Made by a program: the position numbers and the translations under genes
Origin: Thermoplasmata archaeon
Lineage (GTDB): Archaea > Thermoplasmatota > Thermoplasmata > RBG-16-68-12 > JAFNFQ01
NCBI GenBank assembly: GCA_041489255.1
Contig: JBGPQV010000005.1
Location: forward strand, 78,460 to 142,459
Length of the DNA: 64,000 nucleotides
Reading direction: 5' to 3'
Part shown: piece by piece, positions 18,943 to 28,794 of the stretch
Layout of the letters: the number at the start of each line of letters is the position of its first letter
Position numbering within the stretch: the first letter of the stretch is position 1
The notes under the pieces: generated by a model
Seen by the model: the letters and a program-made list of their open reading frames with translations, nothing else
The model's database searches: none
Told to the model about the DNA's origin: nothing

Positions 18943-19587
18943 GTGCGACCACGAGTCACGGTCAATTGCGCGATGTCCGCGGATGGGAAGATAGGTTTCG
19001 TCACCCGCACGCAGGCGAGGATATCGAGCGAGGAGGACATGCGCAGGGTGCACAGGCTCAGAGCCGCAAACGATGCGATAGTCGTCGGCATAGGAACCGT
19101 CCTCGCTGACGATCCGAGGTTGACTGTGAAGGGAGAGTACGCGAGGGGCAAGAACCCGATTAGAATAGTCCTCGATTCGAAAGGGCGGACACCCAATCGC
19201 GCGCACGTTCTCGACAGAAAGGCACCCACGATAATCTTCACGAATTCCAGGTGCACCCGCCAATTTGGCGGGGTCGAAGTGGCCAGGTGTGGCGGCGGCA
19301 GAGTGGATCTTGCAGAGATGTTGGATGTCCTTTCCGAGAAAGGAGTGCGGAAGGTCCTGGTCGAGGGCGGGGAGGCAGTCATCTGGTCTTTTTTGAGAGA
19401 GGGCCTGGTGGATGATTTGAAGATATTCGTCGGGAGTCTTGTGCTTGGCGGGAAGGGGGGACCGACGCCGGCTGGCGGGCCGGGAGTGACGAAGATTGGG
19501 GACGCGATACCGCTCAGGCTAGTGAGGACCAAGCGCTTAGGCGGCGGTGTCCTCCTCGAATACTCAGTGCTTCCCACGAAGGAGTAG
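18943..19587 (+). CDS. arfC: 2,5-diamino-6-ribosylamino-4(3H)-pyrimidinone 5'-phosphate reductase (RibD C-terminal family)
   Basis: RPRVTVNCAMSADGKI, VGIGTVLADDPRLTV, VLVEGG. Start could also be ATG 18925. Confidence 0.9.
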   Translation: MRPRVTVNCAMSADGKIGFVTRTQARISSEEDMRRVHRLRAANDAIVVGIGTVLADDPRLTVKGEYARGKNPIRIVLDSKGRTPNRAHVLDRKAPTIIFTNSRCTRQFGGVEVARCGGGRVDLAEMLDVLSEKGVRKVLVEGGEAVIWSFLREGLVDDLKIFVGSLVLGGKGGPTPAGGPGVTKIGDAIPLRLVRTKRLGGGVLLEYSVLPTKE

Positions 19588-19590
19588 ACG

Positions 19591-20061
19591 ATGGGCATGA
19601 GCACACCGCAAGTCAAGATTCTCTGCGACCACATGCTTGGCAGTCTGGCGAAATGGTTGAGGCTCCTCGGCTACGACACGGTGTATCCCGGGCCGCTCGA
19701 GGACAGGGAGATGGCGGCGAAGGCGTATGACGAAGGACGAGTGCTCCTCACAAGGGACAAGGACTTGGCGGCAAGGGTCAAAGGTTCCGTCTTCGTGGCT
19801 AGCGACGACATCGACGAACAGCTCAAGTCCGTCATCGAAGCTCTTCACCTTGATCTCTCGAACACGCTTTCCCGGTGTTCGGTCTGCAATGTGCCGATAG
19901 TTGAGGTTGACCGCGCCGAGGTCGAGCACGAAGTCCCGCCAAAGGTTCTCGAGATCCAGGATGAGTTCTGGAAATGCCCCTCCTGTTCCCGCGTCTACTG
20001 GCGGGGCACGCACTGGGACCAGATGATGCAGAAGATCAGACGGCTGCAGGAAGGTACTTAG
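19591..20061 (+). CDS. Mut7-C RNase (PIN-like) domain protein with Zn ribbon
   Basis: DHMLGSLAKWLRLLGYDT, LLTRD, RCSVCN, CPSCSRVYWRGTHW. Confidence 0.92.
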   Translation: MGMSTPQVKILCDHMLGSLAKWLRLLGYDTVYPGPLEDREMAAKAYDEGRVLLTRDKDLAARVKGSVFVASDDIDEQLKSVIEALHLDLSNTLSRCSVCNVPIVEVDRAEVEHEVPPKVLEIQDEFWKCPSCSRVYWRGTHWDQMMQKIRRLQEGT

Positions 20062-20097
20062 TAGCAATCCGGAGGTTGTCTCACAATCGTGAATGGT

Positions 20098-20252
20098 TCC
20101 AGTCACCGTCACCAGCAAGCCACCTCTCCCCCCGTGTTATTCAGTATGTCGTTGGAGTAGTGAGAGACGTTGTGGGCTCCCTCGTGAAGTCTGAAGCCGC
20201 CGGAGTACGTGATTCAGCTCCCACCATCCGTACTGTACTTGGTGACATTCAC
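20098..20252 (-). pseudogene. Decayed fragment of an OmpL47-type/Ig-like repeat from a surface protein
   Basis: Manual translation VNVTKYSTDGGS*ITYSGGFRLHEGAHNVSHYSNDILNNT, then frameshifts to ERWL/VTVTG. TGA at 20216-20214 replaces the conserved Trp. Confidence 0.65.
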
Positions 20253-20369
20253 CCGCAGCTGATGTCGGGACGTTCGATGCGGGACGTGGCGGGTGCGAGT
20301 CTCATTCTATCCTCCGTCGCCTTGTCTTCGCCTCCTCTGCCGCGAGTTCCGGAAGACCTGACCCAATCT

Positions 20370-20705
20370 CGGGGAACCCCGTGGGGTTCTCCGCACGGTC
20401 CGCTCCGACCTCCGGCAAGGCGGGAGGGACCGGCGGACAGCCTGAAGGGAACACCAGGCGGAGCACTCATACTTTTCCGGACTCCTCGGGAAACTGTGCG
20501 GGGGTCCGGGAAACGTGTCCGGATGTCCCCCCGACATTCCGCAGTCGCCCGAGGCTCCAGTTCGACATGCCGGAGAGGCCAGCGGACCGCCCGCATTCGG
20601 AAATGGGTGTGTCCGGGGTCCCCGCGCACCCGCCCGAAGTCCCCGGGCACTGCCGGGAGATCAGGCGGGTCGTCCGGAGTCTCCGGAAACCTGTCCGAGG
20701 CTCGG
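20370..20705 (+). other. GC-rich, hairpin-dense non-coding element (candidate ncRNA or non-autonomous repeat)
   Basis: At least six consecutive stem-loops, several with G-U pairs on the + strand. Overlapping ORFs are R/P/G-rich and not protein-like. Confidence 0.45.
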
Positions 20706-20940
20706 TTCGGGTGTTGAATCTCGAGGATTGAGCGGAGGTCAAGGAGGAGTGGAAGGCGCGACCTGAAGATACGAGGGTGCATGTGATTGTCGCGATGCCA
20801 ATTTGGTTCCGCGATTTAAGAAAGTGGTGGAGAGGGCTGTAGCGATCATTCGCTAAAGCGCCGGCAAGGCGAACGGTGGCAGACCATGATGGAGCATGCA
20901 GCGATGCTGTCAATCACGGTGACCGGCGGCTCACCGATCA

Positions 20941-21342
20941 TCATCGGTTCTCGGGTTCGTTCGTGGAATTGGCCTCCATTCCTCCCGCCTTCAATACCCT
21001 CGCGAGCGCGACGACCAGCCCCACCATAAGAACACCCAGATCGACGGCGGTTCCGAATCCCAGCCCTGGCGGTATGGAGAGTTGGCCGGTGACGTGGGAG
21101 GCTATCCCGGTCGCCGCCTCCGCCAGCACAAATGGCATCGAAGTGATGATGAACGCCTTCGCCACCGCCATCCCGTCCTTCCCGCCCTTCCAAGATCTCC
21201 TCTTGGACGACCAGATTCCCGCCACGAGCAGGATGATCGCGAACACCAATGCAACAATCGCCTTGTAGTTCACCGCGACATCTTGCGGCGACGATTGCCC
21301 AGTCACAATCACCGCAAGCCACTTCTCAGATTCGCGATGCCA
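20941..21342 (-). pseudogene. Orphan C-terminal 3-TM anchor of a large surface protein
   Basis: EKWLAVIVTGQSSPQDVAVNYKAIVALVFAIILLVAGIWSSKRRSWKGG...PFVLAEAATG...IPP. An in-frame stop lies just upstream and there is no signal peptide. Confidence 0.6.
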
Positions 21343-21395
21343 TCATCACGCAAAGGCTAATAGGCAAACCACATTATCCGCCAAAGGTCTGGAAG

Positions 21396-22478
21396 ATGAG
21401 GGGATCCCTGGTCCTCGAAGACGGAACGGTCGTCCAGGGAATGTTTTTCGGTGAAAAAAGACCGGTCTTCGGCGAGCTCGTCTTCAACACGAACATGACG
21501 GGCTACTGCGAGGCCCTGACCGATCCATCCTATCGCGGGCAAATCCTGATGATGACGTATCCGCTCATAGGCAACTATGGCGTGGACCCCACCACGCTGG
21601 AATCCGAGGAGATTCAGGTCAGGGGCTTCGTGGTCAGGGAAGCGTGCCGCACCCCGAGTCATCCGAATTCCAAGATGGGGCTCGGCGATTTCCTGAAGAA
21701 GTACAGCATCCCGGGAATCTCCGGGGTGGACACCCGCGAGCTGACGATCAAGACGCGGGAGCGCGGCACTATGAGGGCCGCGTTCGGCATGGATAGCGAA
21801 AACCCTGATTCTCTCCTGAAGAAGGTGAAGGAGACACCGTTCCCGGACACGGGCAATCTCGTCGCCGAGGTCAGCTGCAAGAGACAGGTCGATCACAAGG
21901 GCAAAGGCCCGCGAAAATTTGTCCTCATTGATTGCGGTGTCAAGGCAAACATAATCCGTGAGGCGCTGAACTTCGGCAGTGTTGTCCAGGTGCCTTTCGA
22001 TACATCGAGTGATGATGTGCTTAAGAATCGTCCTGATGCCGTGATAGTCTCGAATGGCCCAGGCAATCCCGCGCACCCCGAGATACTCGCGACGACGGTG
22101 AAAACGATCAAGGAACTGCTCAACCGCGTCCCGGTGACGGGAATCTGCCTCGGTCACCAGATGATCGGGCTCGCACTTGGCGGGAAGACGTTCAAGTTGA
22201 AGTTCGGTCACCGCGGCGGCAACCAGCCGGTGAAAGACCTCAGGACAGGACGGGTCCACATCACTTCGCAGAACCACGGGTTTGCGGTGGATGCGAAGAG
22301 CCTTGAGGGGAGCGGGGCGGTCGTCACGCATCTGAACCTCAACGATAACACCGTCGAGGGCATCAGCCACGAAGAGATGGCGGTGTTCTCAGTGCAGTAT
22401 CACCCCGAGGCCAGCCCCGGGCCGCTGGACAACAAGTACATCTTCGCGGAGTTCGCGAGGTTGGCGGGGAGACGTTGA
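21396..22478 (+). CDS. carA: Carbamoyl-phosphate synthase small subunit
   Basis: LVLEDGT, GELVFNT, SNGPG, GICLGHQ, SQNHGF, QYHPEA. Confidence 0.98.
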   Translation: MRGSLVLEDGTVVQGMFFGEKRPVFGELVFNTNMTGYCEALTDPSYRGQILMMTYPLIGNYGVDPTTLESEEIQVRGFVVREACRTPSHPNSKMGLGDFLKKYSIPGISGVDTRELTIKTRERGTMRAAFGMDSENPDSLLKKVKETPFPDTGNLVAEVSCKRQVDHKGKGPRKFVLIDCGVKANIIREALNFGSVVQVPFDTSSDDVLKNRPDAVIVSNGPGNPAHPEILATTVKTIKELLNRVPVTGICLGHQMIGLALGGKTFKLKFGHRGGNQPVKDLRTGRVHITSQNHGFAVDAKSLEGSGAVVTHLNLNDNTVEGISHEEMAVFSVQYHPEASPGPLDNKYIFAEFARLAGRR

Positions 22479-22479
22479 C

Positions 22480-25400
22480 ATGCCCCGCCGCGCCGACATC
22501 AAGACAGCGATGGTCATAGGCTCCGGGCCGATAGTCATCGGGCAGGCCGCCGAATTCGACTACTCCGGTTCGCAGGCGTGCAGGTCTCTGAGGGAGGAAG
22601 GCGTCCGCACTATACTCGTCAACTCGAACCCCGCTACGATACAGACAGACCCGGACACAGCTGACGCGGTCTATGTGGAACCGCTGACGGTCGAGTTCCT
22701 TGAGAAGATAATCGCGAAAGAGCGGCCTGACGGCATCCTGTCTGGCATGGGCGGACAGACCGGGCTGAACTTGTGCTCGGAGCTCGCGGAGCACGGCGTC
22801 CTGAAGAAGTATGACGTTGAACTGCTCGGGACGAGACTGGAGGCGATCGTGGCGGGAGAAAACAGGGAGGAGTTCGCCGCGCTGATGAGGCGGATAGGCG
22901 AGCCGATTCCCAAGAGCGCCGCAGTGAAGTCTGTCGAGGCGGCGAAGAACACCATCGAGTCCCTCGGTGGCTACCCGGTGATCATCCGCGCCGCCTACAC
23001 GCTTGGTGGGACCGGGAGCGGGATAGCGCACGACTACGAAGAGCTGGAGAGGATAGTCTCGCTCGGGATAGCGTATTCCAGGATCAAACAGGTCCTCGTG
23101 GAGGAGAGCGTCCTCGGCTGGAAGGAGTTCGAGTACGAGGTGATGCGGGACGCGAATGACAACTGCATCACTGTCTGCAACATGGAGAACATAGACCCGA
23201 TGGGCTTCCACACGGGAGATAGCATAGTTGTCGCTCCCGCCCAAACGCTCAGCGACAGGGACCATCAGATGCTGAGGTCTGCCGCGCTCAAGATCATCCG
23301 GGCTTTGGGCATCGAGGGCGGGTGCAACATCCAGTTCGCCGTGCATCCTAAGACGGGGGAGTACAGGGTGATAGAGGTTAATCCCAGGGTCTCGCGATCC
23401 TCCGCACTCGCCTCGAAAGCCACTGGGTATCCGATTGCCCGCATCGCCGCCAAAATCGCCATAGGGCTGACCCTGGACGAGATTCCCAACGCAGTCACGA
23501 AGCGCACGCTCGCGTCCTTCGAGCCGACCCTCGACTACGTCGTGACGAAGATCCCGCGCTGGCCGTTCGACAAGTTCCCCACGGCGGATGCGAAGATAGG
23601 CACGTCGATGAAGAGCACGGGGGAGACGATGGCGATAGGGCGGACCATCGAAGAGTCGATGATGAAGGCGCTGAGGTCGACCGAGACAGGGAAATGCGGT
23701 CTGGAGCCGGAGAAATGGGATGAGGATTCGCTGATTGAGGAACTGCGGCACCCGACTGACAAGCGCGTCTATGCCGTCGCCGAAGCGTTGAGGCGTGGTT
23801 ACTCCTCGGAGAAAATCGCGGACCTCACGAAATGGGACGCGTTCTTCATCGCGAAGATTGGCACCCTAATCGAGATGGAATCGAGGCTGAAGAAAGGGCC
23901 CGTAAACCGGGAACTCGTCATCGAGGCGAAGAAGCTCGGTTTCGGGGACGAGTACATATCGCTCCTGACGGGGAAATCGGAGGAATCGGTCAGGAAGCTC
24001 GCGCCCCGAGTGACGTACAAGATGGTCGACACATGCGGGGGCGAGTTCGAGGCGAGCACGCCTTACTTCTACTCTACTTTCGAACTGGAGGACGAGGTCA
24101 GGGAGATCGAGAAGCGCAAGGTTCTCATCGTTGGCGGCGGTCCGATAAGGATAGGTCAGGGAGTCGAGTTCGATAACTGCTGCGTCCACGGCATCATGGC
24201 GCTTAGGGAAGAGGGCGTCGGCGCACTCATTGTGAACAACAATCCGGAGACCGTGAGCACTGACTTCGATGTCTCTGATCGTCTGTACTTCGAACCGCTC
24301 ATGCTTGAAGACGTTCTGAACATCATCCGGAGGGAGAGACCGGAAGGTGTCATACTTCAGTTTGGCGGGCAGACCTCTGTCAACCTGGCGGTTCCTCTGA
24401 GTGAAGCTCTCAGGGAGGAAGGGTCCAAGACTCGAATCCTAGGAACCTCCCCGGAGTCAATCGACATGGCGGAGGACAGGAGGAAGTTCGAGAAGCTGAT
24501 GCGGCAGCTCGGCATCAAGCAGGCCGAAGCGGCAACTGGTTTCTCATTCGAGGAAGTGAAAGACCTCGCCGCGAAGATTGGTTATCCGGTCTTGGTCAGG
24601 CCGTCCTATGTTCTTGGCGGGCGCGGAATGGAGATAGTCCACAACGAGGAAGAGCTTGAGCACTACATGAGGAACGCCACGATAATCTCGAAGAAGCATC
24701 CCGTCCTCGTCGATAAATATCTATCGCATGCCATAGAAATAGATGTGGACGCGGTGAGCGATGGGAAAGATGTGTTCATCGGCGGCATCCAGGAGCACAT
24801 CGAGGAGGCGGGGGTCCACAGCGGCGACGCGGCGTGCGTCCTGCCGGCGCAGACACTCCCGCAATCGGTGATGGCGAGGATCAGGGAGGTCACGATCCAG
24901 ATCTGCCGCGAGCTCGGCGTGATCGGGCTCGTGAACCTGCAGCTTGCAGTGAAGGAAGGAGAGGTCTATGTCCTCGAGGCGAATCCCCGGGCTAGCAGGA
25001 CGGTGCCCTACGTCTCAAAGGCGATCGGAATCCCTCTCGCCAAGGTCGCCACGAAGGTCATGCTCGGTCACAAGCTGAAGGAGCTTGGGCTGGTGGGCGA
25101 GGCGAAGATCCCTCACGTGGCGGTGAAAGCGCCGGTCTTCCCGTTCCAAAAGCTTCCCGGCGTGGATGCGATTCTGGGGCCGGAGATGAGGAGCACGGGC
25201 GAGGTCATGGGCATAGATTCGACCCTCGGAGCCGCCTACTACAAGGCCATGGTGGCCTCTGGGAATCCTCTCCCGAATGCGGGGGCAATTTACGCGACAA
25301 TCAGAGACGAGGACAAGGATTTGTTCGTGACCATAGCCAAGAAGCTCACAGGCTCAGGTCTCAAGATATTCGCCACGAAGGGCACCTGCAGCTACCTGCG

Positions 25401-25695
25401 GGAGCATGGAGTCGAGGCCACCACCGTCTACAGGATAGCTGAGAACAAGGACCCCGACGCCCTCGGCCTGATGAGGAGAGGCGAGATTCAGTTGGTTATC
25501 AACACGCCAACGGTTTCATCCGGCGCGAGGCGCGATGGATACATGATGCGGCGATTGGCGATCGATCTGGGCATACCTTTCATAACGACGATTCAGGGGG
25601 CGAAGGCGGCTGCAGACGCGATCGAGGCGGTCAAAAAGGCCGAGCTGGGAGTCAGGTCGTTGCAGGAATTCGCCAAGGCGGCACGCGCAGGTTAG
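22480..25695 (+). CDS. carB: Carbamoyl-phosphate synthase large subunit
   Basis: GSGPIVIGQAAEFDYSG, duplicated ATP-grasp domains, C-terminal MGS domain. Confidence 0.99.
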   Translation: MPRRADIKTAMVIGSGPIVIGQAAEFDYSGSQACRSLREEGVRTILVNSNPATIQTDPDTADAVYVEPLTVEFLEKIIAKERPDGILSGMGGQTGLNLCSELAEHGVLKKYDVELLGTRLEAIVAGENREEFAALMRRIGEPIPKSAAVKSVEAAKNTIESLGGYPVIIRAAYTLGGTGSGIAHDYEELERIVSLGIAYSRIKQVLVEESVLGWKEFEYEVMRDANDNCITVCNMENIDPMGFHTGDSIVVAPAQTLSDRDHQMLRSAALKIIRALGIEGGCNIQFAVHPKTGEYRVIEVNPRVSRSSALASKATGYPIARIAAKIAIGLTLDEIPNAVTKRTLASFEPTLDYVVTKIPRWPFDKFPTADAKIGTSMKSTGETMAIGRTIEESMMKALRSTETGKCGLEPEKWDEDSLIEELRHPTDKRVYAVAEALRRGYSSEKIADLTKWDAFFIAKIGTLIEMESRLKKGPVNRELVIEAKKLGFGDEYISLLTGKSEESVRKLAPRVTYKMVDTCGGEFEASTPYFYSTFELEDEVREIEKRKVLIVGGGPIRIGQGVEFDNCCVHGIMALREEGVGALIVNNNPETVSTDFDVSDRLYFEPLMLEDVLNIIRRERPEGVILQFGGQTSVNLAVPLSEALREEGSKTRILGTSPESIDMAEDRRKFEKLMRQLGIKQAEAATGFSFEEVKDLAAKIGYPVLVRPSYVLGGRGMEIVHNEEELEHYMRNATIISKKHPVLVDKYLSHAIEIDVDAVSDGKDVFIGGIQEHIEEAGVHSGDAACVLPAQTLPQSVMARIREVTIQICRELGVIGLVNLQLAVKEGEVYVLEANPRASRTVPYVSKAIGIPLAKVATKVMLGHKLKELGLVGEAKIPHVAVKAPVFPFQKLPGVDAILGPEMRSTGEVMGIDSTLGAAYYKAMVASGNPLPNAGAIYATIRDEDKDLFVTIAKKLTGSGLKIFATKGTCSYLREHGVEATTVYRIAENKDPDALGLMRRGEIQLVINTPTVSSGARRDGYMMRRLAIDLGIPFITTIQGAKAAADAIEAVKKAELGVRSLQEFAKAARAG

Positions 25696-25869
25696 GACTT
25701 GAGTTCCGACGTTCGTCGGAATGCGGAGACCCATAATCCGCTCGCTCACGGACACGAGATCGATTGTGGAAGCGCCCCACCGGAATTGCCGCCGAGCACT
25801 GACTCCTCTGCGCACCGCAAGAATTATGAAGCGCATTCACGCTTATTCATCGGGATTCGAGGGAATGAT

Positions 25870-26388
25870 ATGTCCTATCAGCCTCAACCTCCGATTTACG
25901 TGCCGCCACAGAAATCCAGTGATTCGAAAACGGTTTTAATCGTGGTCATCGTCGTTCTCGCGGTCGTGATGGTGCCGATAGTGGCGTCCGCCATCCTGTA
26001 TGTCATGGTGTCGGGTCTCCTTGACGGAGGTGGAGCTCCATCCCACCCATACGTTGCCATTTCGCTGCAGGAAGGCGGATCCGATTCGAACAGCACCGCG
26101 AATCTTACGGTGACGGGGATGTCCTCGCCGTATTCATTCTCCGACTACAGCATGCAAATCAGCATGGATGGCAATATCGTGGGAAGCCAGACGCCGTCCC
26201 CTGGCGTCGTCGTCACCTTCGGCGGCGCGGCGAAGGTCATAGTTATAGACCGCGGCACATCGGGTAGGCTTGACACAGGAGACATCTTCCGCGTCTACGG
26301 CCTCGGAGGCGCGCACACATGGAGATTTGCTCTGGTATGGGCGTCTGACGGCTACACCATACAAACCGCATCTTGGACCACACCCTAG
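25870..26388 (+). CDS. Membrane-anchored pilin-like exported protein
   Basis: Pro-rich N-terminus, long hydrophobic helix ending AILYVMVSG, and a beta-rich domain with GRLDTGD. No clear class III cleavage site. Confidence 0.6.
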   Translation: MSYQPQPPIYVPPQKSSDSKTVLIVVIVVLAVVMVPIVASAILYVMVSGLLDGGGAPSHPYVAISLQEGGSDSNSTANLTVTGMSSPYSFSDYSMQISMDGNIVGSQTPSPGVVVTFGGAAKVIVIDRGTSGRLDTGDIFRVYGLGGAHTWRFALVWASDGYTIQTASWTTP

Positions 26389-26544
26389 TCGCCGATGTCG
26401 CTGGCTCGCTCATGAGAATCCCTTGGCGAGCCGGATTCCGTGTGATGTCAACGCGTGCCGTGGGATTCCATGCGCGCGAAAGCATTTATTGGAGTGGATT
26501 GTATCGGTTTCAAGCGCCCGCAATCGCAGGAGCGAGGTTCAAAC

Positions 26545-27501
26545 ATGACAGAAGCTGACACGACAAATGACCAGGTCTTCGGCATCGTCGGAGTCGGGCC
26601 GGTGGGGAGCATCCTTGCGGGCCACCTCGGGAAACACGGACAGCGTGTTGTTCTCGTGGACATCCTGAGGGACCATCTCGATACAATCAAGACGAAAGGT
26701 CTCACGGTGTCAGGCTTCACTCAAATCAAGGTCAAGATAGATGATGTCTGCTATTCGATCGCGGAACTCAAGAAGCACAAGGTCGACGCTGCCTTCGTCT
26801 GCGTCAAGGCATCTATACTGCCCCGTATCATGAAGGACTTGAAGGCGTCGGTGACGCCTGGAGCCTACGTCATAAGCTTTCAGAACGGCCTTGACACCGA
26901 GAATCTGATCGCTCAGGAATTCGGAAAGGAGCGCACGCTCCGTTGCGTCGTCAACTACGGCGGGGACATAGTCGGGAACGGCCATGTGGACATGACGTTC
27001 TTCAACAAGCCCAACTACGTCGGCACGCTGGCGGGTGGTGCGGAGGACTATGCTAAGCAGCTCGCTGAGATCATGACATCGGTGGACCTCGAGACGAAGT
27101 TCACGGACAACATCAGGAAGTACACATGGGAAAAGACGATCCTGAACGCTGGGATGAGCGCCCTCTGCTCAGTGACGAAACAGATGATGAAGGACGCGAT
27201 GGACTTCCCCCCGACCCGCCAGATCGTCGAGGGGCTCGTGAAGGAGGGCATCGAGATCGCGAAGGCGGACGGATACGACTATGGCCCGCAGTTCTTCGAC
27301 TTCTGCATGGGCTACCTGGGGAAGACCGGACGCCACAAGCCGTCGATGCTCGTCGATGTGGAGAACCAGAGACCGACGGAGATCGACTTCCTCAACGGCA
27401 AGATTGTTGAGTTCGGAGAGAAGTTCAACATGCCGACCCCGTACAACCAGACGGTCACCAGCATCGTGAAAGCACTCGAGGCGGGCTACAAGAAACCGTA
27501 G
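26545..27501 (+). CDS. panE: Ketopantoate reductase family oxidoreductase
   Basis: GVGPVG, CVKA, FQNGL, WEKTILN, PSMLVD, TEIDFLNG. Confidence 0.88.
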   Translation: MTEADTTNDQVFGIVGVGPVGSILAGHLGKHGQRVVLVDILRDHLDTIKTKGLTVSGFTQIKVKIDDVCYSIAELKKHKVDAAFVCVKASILPRIMKDLKASVTPGAYVISFQNGLDTENLIAQEFGKERTLRCVVNYGGDIVGNGHVDMTFFNKPNYVGTLAGGAEDYAKQLAEIMTSVDLETKFTDNIRKYTWEKTILNAGMSALCSVTKQMMKDAMDFPPTRQIVEGLVKEGIEIAKADGYDYGPQFFDFCMGYLGKTGRHKPSMLVDVENQRPTEIDFLNGKIVEFGEKFNMPTPYNQTVTSIVKALEAGYKKP

Positions 27502-27557
27502 ATCCACGCCAGAAAGGCAAGGACTGAAATCCAGAGACGCATTATGAGAGACGGTCC

Positions 27558-28790
27558 ATGACCGAGACAGGGCAACGGAAGGAGATCCGCGCCGCCGCCG
27601 AGCTGAAGCAGCTGCTGACAGACTACTACCATGAGCTTGACTCTGCCCATGAAAGCGGGCAGAAGGTCGCATGGTGCACAAGCGTCGGACCAGCGGAGAT
27701 CCTGCGGGCATTTGGCTTCAAGGTCTACTTCCCCGAGAACCACGCCGCGATGATCGGCGTGCAGAAGGCAGGTGAGAAGTACATCCCCGTGGCGAACGCG
27801 GCGGGCTACTCGCCCGAGATATGCTCCTACCTCACCAGCGACGTCGGAGCGTACATCCAGCATTGGACGCCGCTGGACAAGACCTACGGCGTGAAGAGCA
27901 TCCCGAAACCGGATGTCCTCGCCTACAACACGAACCAGTGCAGGGATGTCAAGGAGTGGTTCTCGTACTACTCGCGCGAGTTCAGCGCTCCCCTCGTCGG
28001 CATAAACTCCCCCAAGTACATCGACGAAGTCGAGGACATGTACGTCGACGATGTCGCAGCCCAGATCGAGAGGGTCGTGAGGCAGCTCGAGGAGATCACG
28101 GAGTCAAAGTTGGATGAATCGAGGCTTGAGGAAACCGTTCGTCTTTCCCTAGAAGCCACGAAGCTGTGGAAGGAGATACTCGAGACTGCCGCGAACGCGC
28201 CGTCGCCGCTCACCTTCTTCGACGGAACCGTCCACATGGCTCCGATCGTCGTCCTGCGCGGGGACCAGAGGGCGGTCGACTATTACCAGCTTCTTCTCGA
28301 GGAGATGAAAGAACGCATTGCGGCGGGTGTGGGGGCCGTGGACGGCGAGAAGCACCGTCTCTACTGGGAAGGCATGCCGATATGGGGCAAGCTGAGGGCG
28401 CTCTCTGAGCAGTTCGCGGAACTCAGGACGTGTGTCGTCGCCTCGACCTACTGCAACAGCTGGATATTCGACGACATGAAGGAGAGCGATCCGGTCAGGA
28501 GCATGGCTCTGGCTTACACAAAACTCTTCATCAACCGCTCAGAGTTGGCTAAGGAGCGCTACATTGCCGAGATGGTGAAGAGGTTCAAGGTCGACGGCGT
28601 CATTTTCCACGATTCCAAGACATGCCCGCACAACTCCAATGTGCGCTACGGGATGCCCGGGAGGATCAAGCTGAATTGTAGAATCCCGACGCTGATAATC
28701 AACGCCGACCTCAACGACCTAAGGCTATACTCGGAGGAGCAGACGAAAACGAACATCGAGGCGTTCGTCGAGCAGATGGAGGGGGCGTGA
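27558..28790 (+). CDS. 2-hydroxyacyl-CoA dehydratase subunit (HgdA/FldB/HadB family)
   Basis: FPENHAA, GYSPEICSY, NQC, VDGVIFHDSKTC, EQTKTNIEAFVE. Confidence 0.9.
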   Translation: MTETGQRKEIRAAAELKQLLTDYYHELDSAHESGQKVAWCTSVGPAEILRAFGFKVYFPENHAAMIGVQKAGEKYIPVANAAGYSPEICSYLTSDVGAYIQHWTPLDKTYGVKSIPKPDVLAYNTNQCRDVKEWFSYYSREFSAPLVGINSPKYIDEVEDMYVDDVAAQIERVVRQLEEITESKLDESRLEETVRLSLEATKLWKEILETAANAPSPLTFFDGTVHMAPIVVLRGDQRAVDYYQLLLEEMKERIAAGVGAVDGEKHRLYWEGMPIWGKLRALSEQFAELRTCVVASTYCNSWIFDDMKESDPVRSMALAYTKLFINRSELAKERYIAEMVKRFKVDGVIFHDSKTCPHNSNVRYGMPGRIKLNCRIPTLIINADLNDLRLYSEEQTKTNIEAFVEQMEGA

Positions 28791-28794
28791 GACC

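Noticed and set aside
20214-20216. In-frame TGA as selenocysteine or recoded Trp
   Set aside because: It sits in a fragment that also has frameshifts, and TGA is used as a normal stop throughout the window.
20098-20252. Template repeat of a diversity-generating retroelement
   Set aside because: No reverse transcriptase or matching variable repeat in the window, and the lesions include indels and a G-to-A stop rather than adenine-specific changes.
20370-20705. RNase P RNA or SRP RNA
   Set aside because: No GAGGAAAGUCC-type P4 motif and no convincing SRP helix 8 motif on either strand.
20249-20913. Several overlapping ORFs of 76-247 aa
   Set aside because: Arg/Pro/Gly-rich translations typical of GC-rich non-coding DNA, with no motifs or start signals.
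21357-23751. Long antisense ORFs opposite carA and carB (and similar ones opposite other genes)
   Set aside because: Expected shadows of GC-rich codon usage with few antisense stops.
25704-25721. Perfect hairpin TTCCGACG-TT-CGTCGGAA after carB
   Set aside because: Single copy with no U-tract; at most a transcript-end structure, too little evidence to call.
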